Positions 13,984 to 26,576 of a stretch of 64,000 bases of DNA are shown one piece after another. The notes under the pieces were generated by a model. The model ran no database searches, was not told the origin of the DNA, and was given only the letters and a program-made list of their open reading frames with translations. How positions within the stretch are numbered: the first letter of the stretch is position 1; each line of letters starts with the position of its first letter. The DNA comes from Adineta vaga (lineage: Eukaryota > Animalia > Rotifera): NCBI GenBank assembly GCA_021613535.1, contig CP075493.1, positions 1,550,001-1,614,000 on the forward strand. The letters are read 5' to 3'. The position numbers and the translations under genes were made by a program.

Positions 13984-15253
13984 TCTAGAAATAAAGATAT
14001 AATCAATATAAAATGACTCTTTCCATCATCCTATTATTCTACTTACATTAGTTTGACGTTTGTTACAATAGTTATAAATAAATCTACAAGTAAAACGTAT
14101 ATTCACAATGTACAAAGAAATTAAAAGTGCGGTTCTCTTTACACCACAAAGGTATCGTTAGTCTAATCTAATACATACAAATATGGTTTGGTAAGGAAAA
14201 GAACAAGATATATATATATAAGTTATCTTAAATTAGACAGAAAATAACCAAGTGGACACGTCAAGATCAACGAGGAAGAAAATTATTTGTACTGTATTAC
14301 TCATTATCCTTCGTTTTAGTTTGTGCGGTATATTAGATATTTATTTTCTATCTGAATAATAATGTCGAACGTCTAAAAATGACATCCAAAGATAAGCTAA
14401 AAGAAAAAAAAACTCTATCAACTTCTCTTCAGAAGGCGTTGAGTTTCTATTTAGGTAATAGATGAAAAGCTTGTCAATCAACAAAATATCGTTGATAATA
14501 TGTTGTTTGTCCTTTCTACCACTCAGTTTTATATATGTATTGACTAAATACAACCGAACATAGATCCCAAATAGAATATATGCGTTGGTGTTATTCTAAT
14601 CAAATTACTTTGAGACATATAATTTATTTGATGATACTATCTAATATCTGTAAGCAAAATAATGAATCATAAAAGAACAATAGAGACAATACATCGAACA
14701 GTTATTCCATGGTTCAAATAAGGAATGAGAGAGATTCATATATTAGCAAGGAGTACCAATCGATACGGAAAACATTACTATCTCATTTATAGATTACTAA
14801 ACTCCATCGATCTTAATAAATGAATCGGCAATAAGATGTCAGAATCATATGGATATATTATCTGATTAGACTATTTAATCTTACGAATTTCTTGTTTTTG
14901 TATGAATTTTACATTGTAACATGTATGTCAAGAAAATATATACAGCTTCACTTCATAATTGTCTACATTTGTTGCTTTTAGTCAAATAAGATAAAATCAA
15001 TTCAATCCTTTTCTTCTTTCTCAATCGAAATTATATTTCAGTTATTCATTTATTTGAATATATAGATATCTAATTATTGATAATTTTATGAAATTAGAAA
15101 AGAAAACAAATGAATCAAAATTTACACATAAATAGTTATGAAATAATGAAAACGAACACTGAAAATTAATGTGGAATATTTCAATGAAATGATAATGATT
15201 ACTATGTCTTTATCCAATTATTGTAAATAAATATGTTGTATCTTCTTAGAATC

Positions 15254-15801
15254 TTATTCGCAAATTCTTGCTAAACATAAGACTTCGAAATTATTTGTAA
15301 CACAATGTTCTTCACCACCCCAAGGTAAATAGGCGCAACTGTGCGTCGGTTCGAATTTACCACAGCATAAACCTCCTTGAAACTGAGCTCGACTGATATA
15401 GAGAGGACTTTGATGATCTCCTCCGGCTTGCAAGGCACCAGTTGGTAAATTATTTCCATGAGTAGGAACCCATTTTAATTCGTTTTGATTGGGATGTGTT
15501 AAAACTTGATAGATGGAAGATGATTGTTCTATGCCACCACAACCTGAATAAGCTTGTTTATATTGTGTTACAAGTTTTCCGGGAGCTAATTGTCCTTCTT
15601 TAGTAATAAATCGTGCAATATAATTTGTCTGACCATTAGCTTCTCGGCCACCAGGAACTGCATTTTGTGGAACTTCTCCATCTCTTGCTAAGACCCATAC
15701 TGCTTCCGTATCTTTATAATATGATCCTTGAATTCAATAAAAATATTAATAATAAAAACGAATAATAACTGAAGAGAAAACTTACTTGCAGACAAAGCCA
15801 T
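15254..15801 (-). CDS. DM9-repeat protein (two DM9/DUF3421 repeats, lectin-like)
   Basis: Not in the ORF track in this frame. WVLARDGEVPQNAVPGG...YIAR...PGK...YQVL and WVPTHGNNLPTGALQAG...LYISRA...GK...AYLPWGGEEH...FEVL. Short first exon from ATG 15801, one intron. Confidence 0.85.
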
Positions 15802-15914
15802 GGATGTTTACAACAAAATAATCTTTTTTCACTATTGAATGTTCTTTTTCGTAGCTTTTTATCTAACAATTTATAGACAAACAAATATCATCCGTCCGTC
15901 AGGACGTACATCTG

Positions 15915-15922
15915 TGACGTCA
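15915..15922. promoter_or_regulatory. Perfect CRE palindrome TGACGTCA upstream of the DM9 gene
   Basis: TGACGTCA lies ~115 nt upstream of the DM9 ATG. Function unverified. Confidence 0.35.
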
Positions 15923-15982
15923 TATTGTCTTCTTTTTTCTTTCTATTATTGGTCATTCTTCCTAGTTGTTCTTTGTGCATAT

Positions 15983-16373
15983 CAGGACTCCGCATGGAAT
16001 GGAATAATCCCATCCCATGGAATGTTTTTTGAAAAAATTTGGTTCCATCCCATTCCATGAGACAAAAAATTCTGAAGACCATTTTGCTGCATTGGACAAC
16101 AACAACAATATTTGCAAACATCCCATCTCATCCCATGAGACGAACTTTTCTTTGAAAACTCTCTTCAAAACATAAGTTTAATATTATAGATGTTTCTTGT
16201 AACCATTCAACTGAGAGAACTAGAGAAAAAAAAGTTTTCAAAATATTCCTTGAATGGTTGCGAGACACCACTAGTAGTTGATGATAAAAGGAACGAATGA
16301 ACAAAAGTTATATTTAAACTCATGGGATAGGGTGGTGTAAAAAACGTTTTTTTTTGTCCCATGCGGAGCCCTG
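15983..16373. mobile_element. Non-autonomous hAT-type MITE (391 bp)
   Basis: TIRs CAGGACTCCGCATGG ... CCATGCGGAGCCCTG (14/15 match). Flanking 8-bp TSD GTGCATAT (15975-15982) / GTACATAT (16374-16381). Subterminal CCCAT/ATGGG repeats. Confidence 0.85.
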
Positions 16374-16594
16374 GTACATATCATTTGCATTCAGATTATT
16401 CGTCAACAGACAGTAAATATCTCCAGTGTACAAAAAATGAATAAATATAAGGAATCTAGTTAGTGTAAACTTTTATTGATGTTTTTTTCTCTTCAAATCA
16501 AATGACTAACAAAAAAAGTAAATTAGTAAATCACATATAAAAAGAATCAAGATGTATAGTATAAGAAGTCATTAATATTATCAAGAATTTTGGT

Positions 16595-17190
16595 TTAATC
16601 TTCTTCTAAAAGTATTTTAACTGTTTCCGAATCGAGTAATTCACGTTCAACAAGACGTTTTGACTAAACAGATAGAATTTTTCGTTTAATTTGTGTATAG
16701 AAACAATAATTTCATTACCGTTCCCCATTCGATTAAAGTTGGAATGTCAGTAAGACGAACTTGAGGATCCTTTCGGAATGGACAATTTGGATCTTTCCAA
16801 CTAAAAAAAAAGTAAAAATGTCAAGTTAAATATATCATTCAAATTTTCATATCCTTGAATATAAAAACAGTAGATTGTTCACATGGGAACTGAACACCAG
16901 TATTCCTTCATACCTTGATCGATCACCAACAGAACATTCAATAAAAACTCCATTCGATGGCAATGATGATTTTACTGCTTCTTCAATTGGTTTTTCTGCT
17001 GCGACACAATCCGGACACCTGCAATAGAAAGATATATCATAACCTATGTCTCAAATGTCTTCCCTTACCAACTATGTCCTTCATCGTTTTTTGTTCCACA
17101 AAATAGTACAAAAATCCTTTTATCTTTATCATATTTTTCCACTGTACTTTTTAATTCATCAAAACCTGTTATCGATACTTTTGAAGTCAT
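16595..17190 (-). CDS. TXNDC17: Thioredoxin domain-containing protein 17 (TRP14)
   Basis: Spliced model: FVLFCGTKNDEGHSWCPDCVAAE (WCPDC active site), WKDPNCPFRKDP, IPTLIEWGT. Four exons. Confidence 0.92.
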
Positions 17191-17281
17191 CTACAAAACA
17201 AAACAAAAAAAGAAGAACATCTGAAATATTTTCATATAGAACAAATAATGAGATTATTCAAAAATATAAAAACAAATTTGA

Positions 17282-18585
17282 TTAACATGAGATTAATTTT
17301 TTCGTATGTAAATTTAAAATTGAATCAGCAATAATTCGTGCATTCGTTCGTTGATATCCACCGGAAGTACACATAACAATAGGAATTTGTTTATCACGAA
17401 TACATTTAGAAAAAACAATTTCATCACGAATTATTACACCCTAAAGAAAACAAGATGATTCTTTCGAAAAAACAAAAGTGAAAATTTTCTATATACTTCA
17501 GATGTTATATCAAGATTTCCAAGCGGATCATCTTCAAGAATATCCGTTCCTGCATTATAAACAACAAAATCTGGTTGAAATTCATTAAGAGATTTTTCCA
17601 AATTGATATGTAACAAACGAAGATATGTTTTATCATTCGTATGACTTTCCAATTCAATTTTACATTTAATCGCAGTTTTTGCATAACGATCACGTGGATA
17701 AATCTGACTATTATACATATCCATAATAAATACTCTGTCATCATCCATAAAATCACGTTCATGTCCGTTACCCTACGAGAAAAATCATCTAGTTTCAGTT
17801 ATTATTTCTTTTATTTCAAAAATATTCTTCTTACTTGATGAGCATCTAAATCAACAATGAGAACTTTCTTCACTCGATCAAAATAATAAATAAAGAGATT
17901 CTTGATGAGTAATGTCAAATCAGCATAAGCACAAAAACCACCACCTTGATCGGATGAACAATGATGAAAACCTCCACCTACATTGATGGCCCATCCACGT
18001 TCTAATGCTAGTTTTCCTGCCTGAAATGTATGACATAGAATTATAATTCATTTCATAAAGTAATATTTACAAGAATAGTTCCACCTGTTTGATACCGTAA
18101 TGGTTTAAGAACTCGCCATTGAACAAGAAAATTTGGTAACATAGCAATTGGTGCAACTTCAAGAACACGTGCTACGTTTATACTCCATTTTAACCTTGAT
18201 AGATAACGTCTTGTATGAACAACCAGTAAATCTTCTTCACTCGCTTCATTCGGTCGTACGATTGTATCATTCGTAATCATTTTCGCATCTAATAAACGAA
18301 AATATATCGTGAAACGATCTGTGATAGTAAATAAAACTATACATACTTCGAAGAAAATGAATAATTGATCCCCATTTTGATGAATCAAATGGATGAAGTT
18401 TTTCCATACCAAGAAAACCAATATTATAATTTTTACAATAAATAATAGGCCATTGATTAGATTGAATATCTTTGTACAAGAAAGTTCTATCACAGCAAAG
18501 AGAAAACTTTGAGATAATACATTTTCGAAGATTATAATCCATACTTTGAAGTTGAAGTTGGGTTTTCAATTAAAGAAGAAGTCAT
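17282..18585 (-). CDS. HDAC11: Histone deacetylase 11
   Basis: WPIIYCKNYNIGFLGMEKLHPFDSSKWG, GWAINVGGGFHHCSSDQGGGFCAYAD, DLDAHQGNG, YNAGTDIL, SGGYQ. Confidence 0.95.
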
Positions 18586-19753
18586 TATATACACTAAATT
18601 TTAGAAAATGACTCGTAGTTTCGTTTTACATTCTATAAATAAATTATACTGTATTAACAATCTCAAAATATTGTAAATATTCACTTTCACTTAATCTTTT
18701 GAGAGGTACTTGATAAGTTTTCTTCTTTTTTTTAAAATTTTTTATTATAGGCTGCAAATAGAACTAATGACCATTTATTTTATAGCGGCATCTTTAACTA
18801 TATTCAAACTCGAAAACGATAAGCAAAACTGTGTGATGTCGCTGATGCCATCGGCTTAAGTATACGTTTTTTCAATACGAGGAGGGATGATCTTAAGTTA
18901 GATCTGACAGTTTTTAAAGGTTTAAAAAAATATTCAGCAGTCAAGCGTTCATTGATACGGTCGGTTAAATGACGGTTTGAATCAGATCGTGTACTACAGT
19001 TCTTTTTTATCGTGTTGTCTGTGATGATTTGCTGAAGTCGTTTGAAGTACTACGATTATGTTTTATTTTCGGTATTTGTATATTGCTTTTCTGATCTTTC
19101 GCTATTAATTTCAATTTTATCTTACTTCCTTTTCGAAATGAGACAATTCATCGTTCATAGAATGTATACAACACAATTGGAGAAGTGAAAATCAAAATAA
19201 TGTAATACACTTACTACTTATTATATAAAAGAGGAATATATGTATAGAAACATATACACGACAAAGTAGGAATAAACATCTATTGATCTCTATTGGTCTC
19301 TTTAAACGATAGTCTAATGAGTAAAATATATAAAAATGCAGATAAAGACTTTAAAATATGAGCTTTTTCACATAAGTAAGAAGATTTCAAAGAAAGATAG
19401 TATTCACACTGAAATCAATATAACATTGATCGTTCCGTATAAATCTCTCCTTTGAATGAAATCAATCTAACTAAATTTATTATAAAATCCAGTTTGTTTT
19501 ATCATTGAATTTTTTCGATATATTTCAACTTGAATAAATCCACATGTTTAAAACACACTCAATACTTATAATAACATTCTTGCTTAATAATTGATATGCA
19601 TGATTGATTACGCATATTCACTATCTATTGTGCGCGAGATATATAAATCATATCGATGAATGAAATATGACATATCCATAGAGCAAATACATAATAAGAT
19701 TCAACGTCATTATTTGTGCAATTTCAGATAAGAAATTTCTTCAACTAGATCAA

Positions 19754-20074
19754 ATGGCTCGAGGACATCAAAAAGAATTATCTCGTCAACGTAATGAAAA
19801 AGGCAACAATTCAAATAAACCAACGACACAAAAAGGCACTGCTGGTATACATATTCTATCTTTTTTAAGAATATTTCAATCACTCATCTCTTTCTAGCTG
19901 CTAGTTTAACTTATCAATGCTCTATTTGTAAAGTAAGAATTTAGGTAATTTGTTTATTTCTTTGAAAAACAAACTTTCCTTTAGACTCAAATGGGAGATC
20001 CTAAAACGTATAAATCACATTTTGAAAGTAAACATCCAAAAAATGAATTACCAGCTGAATTAAAAGATGTCTAA
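19754..20074 (+). CDS. ZNF706: Small zinc finger protein 706 (4F5 + C2H2)
   Basis: Three exons give MARGHQKELSRQRN...CSICK|TQMGDPKTYKSHFESKHPKNELPAELKDV*. Confidence 0.92.
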
Positions 20075-20527
20075 ATGCTATTTGAAGAAAAGATTGTTCT
20101 TATCAAACATTTTCTTTTCGCTCATATTTTTAAAATACTATATTCAAATAAATTAAATCAATAAATAATTCCGATGAAAAATGACAGTTTTTTTTCTCCT
20201 CATCAAATGAATATGACAAAAACGTTTTTATTTCAATGATAAATATATATAAATTCTATGTTTTTCTTTCTTTTCTCTCTATTTGACATTGAAATCTCTT
20301 CTTTATTTAACGATCTACCTCTCAGAATAAAGAACGATAGCATAAAGTAAGATAATCACCAAGATACGAGCAAGTTATAAACACAAACACATCCGGTGAA
20401 AGAATATAACATCAAGCATTTTCAAGAAAAAAAGAAGAAGGTATGTTTTCGTTTTGTCTTTCATATTCATTGATTTATTTATTTCTAATTTCAGGACAAT
20501 CAAAAACAGACATTGTCAGTACAAAGA

Positions 20528-21408
20528 ATGAGTCGTGTATGTACACTATGATTATACGGGAGGAAAAAAAAACGAAGAGAATTCTGCTTTTTGTTTTTAG
20601 TCTCGAGATTTAGTGACTGCATATTATAATCGTGATACGTCAATACATAAGCCAGGTGTTATACCAAGATCATCTCGTATAGTTTCTCCAATAACATCGA
20701 ATCGTCATAAATATGAAATAAAACAACGAATATGGCCAAAGAAAACTGTTGAATCTTGGTTTGCAAATCATTCTCAAGATGGTATAGGTTTATTGATGAA
20801 AAATAAATCATCTAAATTTCTTGTTATAGAACGTCGAGCAGTGTATAGTTTTCTTGATACACTTAATCAAGCGGATAATACAAATGGAAAAGATCAACAA
20901 CGTCAAAGATCACCCTCATTTCGTCGATTGAATACAAATACAGATCGAAGGTTACAACAACGTCGTCTATCACATGATAGTCGAACATCAAAACGTGATC
21001 TTGATGAAGTTTTAGAATCATTAGAAAAGTTTGATTTTCTTCAATAGAAAAGAATAAAACATAATTGATTCAATTAAATCTACTTTTAGTTTTCATGTAT
21101 CATCATCCACAAAAGAAAAAGCTAATCAAGCAACAACCACTTCTTCTACTGTTCAATTTCCTGATGTAAATGGTGCAAAAACTGATTCAGTTCGTCCAGC
21201 AACAACAACAACAACAACAGGTGCAAATAATACATCAGATGTGAATGATAAAGCATCTCGACGTTATCTTTCTCAAACATGGCGTGTAATTAATCCACGC
21301 GATGATGTTGAACAAAATGTTCGTCCTGATATGAATACATCATCATTTTTTAATTATACAAAGAAATCCTATCCCGAATATTTTTTTATTCATCCAGATT
21401 GGTATTAG
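20528..21408 (+). CDS. Uncharacterised protein ending in YPEYFFIHPDWY
   Basis: MSR| splices in frame to the exon at 20601. Further GT-AG exons lead to TAG 21406-21408. Upstream non-coding exons probable. Confidence 0.65.
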
Positions 21409-21573
21409 ATTTTTCTGTTATTTATTATTTAAAAAGAATTCTGTTGATTGCATGACAATATAAATTCTTTTTTTGGACGTCTTTTTTTTTGTTTTCTGTA
21501 ACAACAAAAGAAAATGAAGAATATTCCAGAAAATAAACAAAAATAAAGTTCATTTTTACAACAAAAAACAACG

Positions 21574-24500
21574 CTATGGACAACATTGAACATGACAACC
21601 ATAATTAATAACCGTTCGTTTTACTGAATCATTTTGAATATGATTTTTATGTTTGAAATTTTCAAATCGATTATTCATTACTAATGGTTGTGAATGTTTA
21701 ATTCGTTCTTTTTGATAATCATATTGATTTGGAAATCGTTTTCGATATTGTACATGTCGTAAATCATTTCGTTTCTGTTGACGATGATGTGAAAGAATTG
21801 TCCATGGACAAATACATCCAAATGAATGTGAAAATTCTTGACGAGCCTGCTTATTAAGCGTAAAATAGAATATAAAGCTAAAACACATTGATGTCATTGA
21901 TAATAAATATAAAGAATAATTCATCAATACAAATCGACGTAAATTACTTGCAACATTCATTAGTGAAGATGTTTCATTGAATGAGGATAAAGATGTCTTT
22001 TGATTATATTGATAGATTCGATACCATGTATAAAGATTATGTGGTCCCCAACATAAAACATAAAATGATAATAATAAAACCAGTAATATGACTGTACGAT
22101 TAGCATTAGCAGTTGCTTGACAATTGATTTTATAGAGAACTGTTGGTGGACTAATTGATGTTGGACTTGTTGGTTCGGCAGATGATCGACTTGATTGAGA
22201 TGAATTACATGTACTATTTGGATTATAATTGGCTATCACTGATTGAGCTGCAGCCATTGTTGATGCTGTCATTGCTGTTGATGAAGCAATTGGTGCACGA
22301 TTCATTAAAATCAAACGTTGATAAGAGGAATTTTGTGGAGATAAAAGTACTTGATCTTGTAATTCATCAACATGTTTATTTGAACGTCGTTTCAATTGAG
22401 ATTCCACTAGATTTTGACGTTTCATTGGTAAAATATATGCTGTTCGAGTTAGATAACGTTGATTATGTCTTGAACGTATAAAATAAACTAATTTTGCATG
22501 AAGAAAAAATGAAAGTAAAATTGGTAAGATATAAAATGATATTAATAAAGTTATTAAAATTTCATGCGTATAATGTACAATGCATGCTTCTCTTGTTAAT
22601 GTTCGGAAATAAATCTTCGCATGCAAACAATTACATATTGCCAATGGTAAACTACATAAAAGTGGTAAAAATAAAAGAATTAAAGAACCAGATTTTGTTG
22701 AAACATATCGACACCATTTCGACCAGGATGAACGATTTGATGATGTATGTCCATGAATATAAACAAATCGATCAAATGCACCTATAATAAAATAGATTTT
22801 GTTTGAATTCATGACATTCTAAGAATTGAATCTATTCAAAAGCATGCATGTCAATTTAATGGCACTTTAGATGAATTATAACAGATTCTTCTGTCTAATT
22901 TATAGAGAACTACTTTCTATTGTATATGTTTAAGTATTAGTATTATGATCTTGAGACATATTAACCTAGTTTTGAAGATATCCACGTTCAAACCGTTTTA
23001 GATTTGTCATGATGATATTTCAATATCTGACATATGAAATATGTTGATTCCTACTTTAATAGGAGAAGAACAAAAATTTCATTCTACAATCTACATCTAA
23101 CATTTCATAATTGATAATTATGAAATAATTTATCGCTTTATAATTTTGTGCAACATCATATTCTAACTATATAATTTTCAAATGAGCTGCGCGTATAGTT
23201 TTATCAATGACAATATATAAGTAGAAAAGTAATAATATATACGCAATAGTATAAGTACGTTTTTCCGAAGAACATTTCTTTTTCAATATCATGAGTACTT
23301 ATATTTAATGAGGAAGTAAGTTAGATCTAATCGAGCATAGGATCCTTTCTTATAAATCTCAATGAGTCTTCTAAATGAAAGATACATTTACATTCTCACT
23401 CTTGAAAAGGGTGGGACGAAGTCCTTAGGGTTCAAATAACGATGAAGATTTCTATATGTTAGAAGTTCTCTACTGCTAGTTTATCCTTCATTATAATCTC
23501 TACAGAGTAGAATTATTCATGTAAAAAAAAGCGATCGTCTCACGGAAAAATTTTACTAATCAAGACAGACTATTATGGCCTTTGATGTCTTTCTATCGTG
23601 TAGAAAAATAATTCAAAGTTTTCAATTGAATATAGTGATTATGTCATGACACTCTTTCCAAGTGAACTGTTGTAAGTTTACATGTCAAATTGCATCAGAA
23701 AAAAACTTCTGGAATTCGGATAAAGGTTAAAAAAAACAGAAGATTAAATGGTTTAGTTCTTTTTTTGACATCTGTACTCATCTTATAAAAGAACAGATAT
23801 TTGTAGATTAATTAAAAGGAAAGAAAAACAAATTTCTATAACAGATAATTATCGAACGCAATTCGTCTATATTCTTTTTTGTATATGCAATAGTATTTTA
23901 ATAAATCATCAAGAATTCATTGAATAAATAATAAACTATCTGAATAATTCTTTTATCATTCGAAATAGAATTGATAATGTTTACAACTTACCTAATAGAT
24001 GGTAGAAAATAATACATGATGAAAAAAACGATTCAGAAAATGTATGAAAATAACATAACCATTTTTCTGTAAATGAATCGGCTAGAAATCGATAAATTTC
24101 TGTCGGAGAACCGATTAAAACCAAACAAAGTTCACCTTAGGAAAAAAAACCGAAATAGAAGTTTCAAAGACAAAAAAAAAGTCTAATCGATATCTTACTT
24201 AATGCCAGACATAAAACGATTCGATCGGTTTGAAGAAGACGTAAACGTTTTGAATAAAGAACTTTTGCTAAACATAAATTTCCCGTAATCGATATAAATG
24301 AAACAATACCAATAAGAATAACAAATATAATTAATGATTTCGAATATTTTTTCATATCCGTCAGTGGCATTTGATTTTCGCTTGTTAAATTACCCATATT
24401 TTCATGAGAGAGAGATTTAAAATATTCTAAACAATCATTGTAATTTTTTGGTATAGGCATTGAAACACCAGCGAAAAGATCCTGCATTGAATTTAGTATA

Positions 24501-24655
24501 AAATCGGATCTATTCGAGGGTGAATGATTTGTATTTGATGGAAAAAGTTTTTCACAATGTATCATGATTAATGATGTGTATGTTGTAAAAACTGAAGAAT
24601 CGTCGGTAAATGTTGTTGGTAAACGTTTTTTTTCTACCATTCTAAAGTACTTCAT
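21574..24655 (-). CDS. Rhodopsin-class orphan GPCR with long third intracellular loop
   Basis: TM1 with GN, DRF (DRY-like), FYVLCWGP in TM6, seven hydrophobic segments. Exons ~24655-24200, ~24137-23993 and ~22782-21574, with a ~1.2-kb intron. Start codon uncertain. Confidence 0.8.
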
Positions 24656-26178
24656 TAATTCTCTGAGACAAACAAAAAAAAGTAAAAGTAAGAATGATAA
24701 TTGTTAATCTACAAAAGAGAAAAAAAAGAAGAATATTTTAATGATACGTCTTCTCTCTGATATTATTTCTAAGTATATGAGATTTGATTTATCCTTGCTT
24801 AGTTTTGACATAACGAGTGTGAGTATGTACTTTAGTGCGTCTATTGAAGAAATCTTTTGACGTCAATCTTTATCTCTTTGTCATGCTCATTTGTGAACAA
24901 AAAAAAGACAGAAAATGAATATTTTATGACAGTTTTATTGTGAAAAAAAAAAGAAATCTGATTCTGTTTTTGATTATTAGATATCTTACTATTCATCGAA
25001 AAGGACAAATGTTAAATATTCAAATAACTTACACCATATGTAAATATATTGTTATACTAGAGTGAGGACGAAGAAACGACGCATCATATTTTTTCTCGTT
25101 TGAGAAATCGTATAATATTAAAATTAAGTATGACGATCGAAACGTTCATTTTAAGTACATTTCTAATACATGAATAGATAGATTAGAAGAAGAAAAAAAT
25201 GCATGCGCTCTACTTCAATAAAAAAGAGAAAATAATCCAAATTACATTTTCAAAGAGAATTTAATCTACTGGAAATTTTCTATTTGTCATATTACAAATA
25301 TTCTGCTTGTCTTTCCTAACTCTATCTTCTTATTTAAATAAAATCTCCGATATACTTGTCAAAAAGAAAAAAAAAAGTAGAAGAATTAGAAATAATTTGA
25401 TCAAGCAATCTAAGTTTTTCTAATAAAACTACTAAGATAAAAGATATGTCATCGTGGTCTATACCAATGATCTTTGTGATTAATACAAAGAAAAAAAAAG
25501 ATCAAACAATACTTTTTCCGTTACGTGTGTGTTCCTGAATGACAAAGTTGAAGTTATACGTTTGTGTTTTCTTATTTAATTAGATTTCTATCTACTTTTA
25601 ATTTAATCGTTCAAAAACAAACCTGAATATCTTATCCTTGTCATAAATTATAGAACAGAAAAAAGCTACTTAAACGTGCCTTTTAATTTCTTACACAAAA
25701 TAATACTCTTAGATAAATGATTGTTTCTACGTCAAAAATTAATGAAGATCTATTTAATAATCCGTGTTTTTAATTCAAATTATCTTTAATATACGTGGAT
25801 TGTAAATGCAAAATCTAACTTTATTCATCGATAAAATGATACGAACAAGTTATCTTAACGACAGATCAAAGATAAGTGAAAAAGTCAATTCGTGTTAGAT
25901 AAAGAATATCAATAATCAAATGTCTGTTAATTTTCTCATTCTTAAGAGTACTTTTCATGTCTGATCGCGTCGTCAATCGTGATTCGTATGAGAAAAATTG
26001 TGTGGCGAACCAAAATCTAATTTAATATGAACATTATTCTTCTCGTGACAAGAGTCAATTCAATTCTGACGAGTGAAATAACTGTCAATCTAGTGAATAA
26101 AAGAGGAAAAGGAACTGAATAGAATCAGTATAGATAGATGTGGAAAGGTAAAAAGAATGTTCTATATCAAGAAGAAAA

Positions 26179-26197
26179 ACACACACACACACACACA
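26179..26197 (+). repeat. (AC)n microsatellite
   Basis: Short acacac run in the intergenic region. Confidence 0.8.
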
Positions 26198-26576
26198 AGA
26201 ATTGAAGAATAGAAAGATTAACTCCTTTTATTAGTTTCTATTTGATAGTTTGAAACACATTCTTCGATGAACTTCTTCACCTGATGAGAGAAAATAAGAC
26301 CCTTGTATGGCAGTTTAATCAAACAATAGAAAGGAAAAACATACTTTCTTCATATCTTTTTGCGTAGGAAAACATCTAAGAAATTTATTTCAATCTTTGT
26401 TTCCTCAATTATTGAAACACCTACACTTCCGAGAAAGAAAATAATTATTCTTTCTTTTCTATTATCATATTAATTAAATCAAAATAAATAATTAAGAAAA
26501 CTAAAAATAAAAGGAAAAACAAAACGTAAAACATTCCATATTTCATGAAAGAATCAACCAAATAAATTCTTTCTAT

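Noticed and set aside
18870-19050. TACGAGG... sequence reminiscent of a mariner terminal repeat
   Set aside because: No matching opposite end or transposase remnant found.
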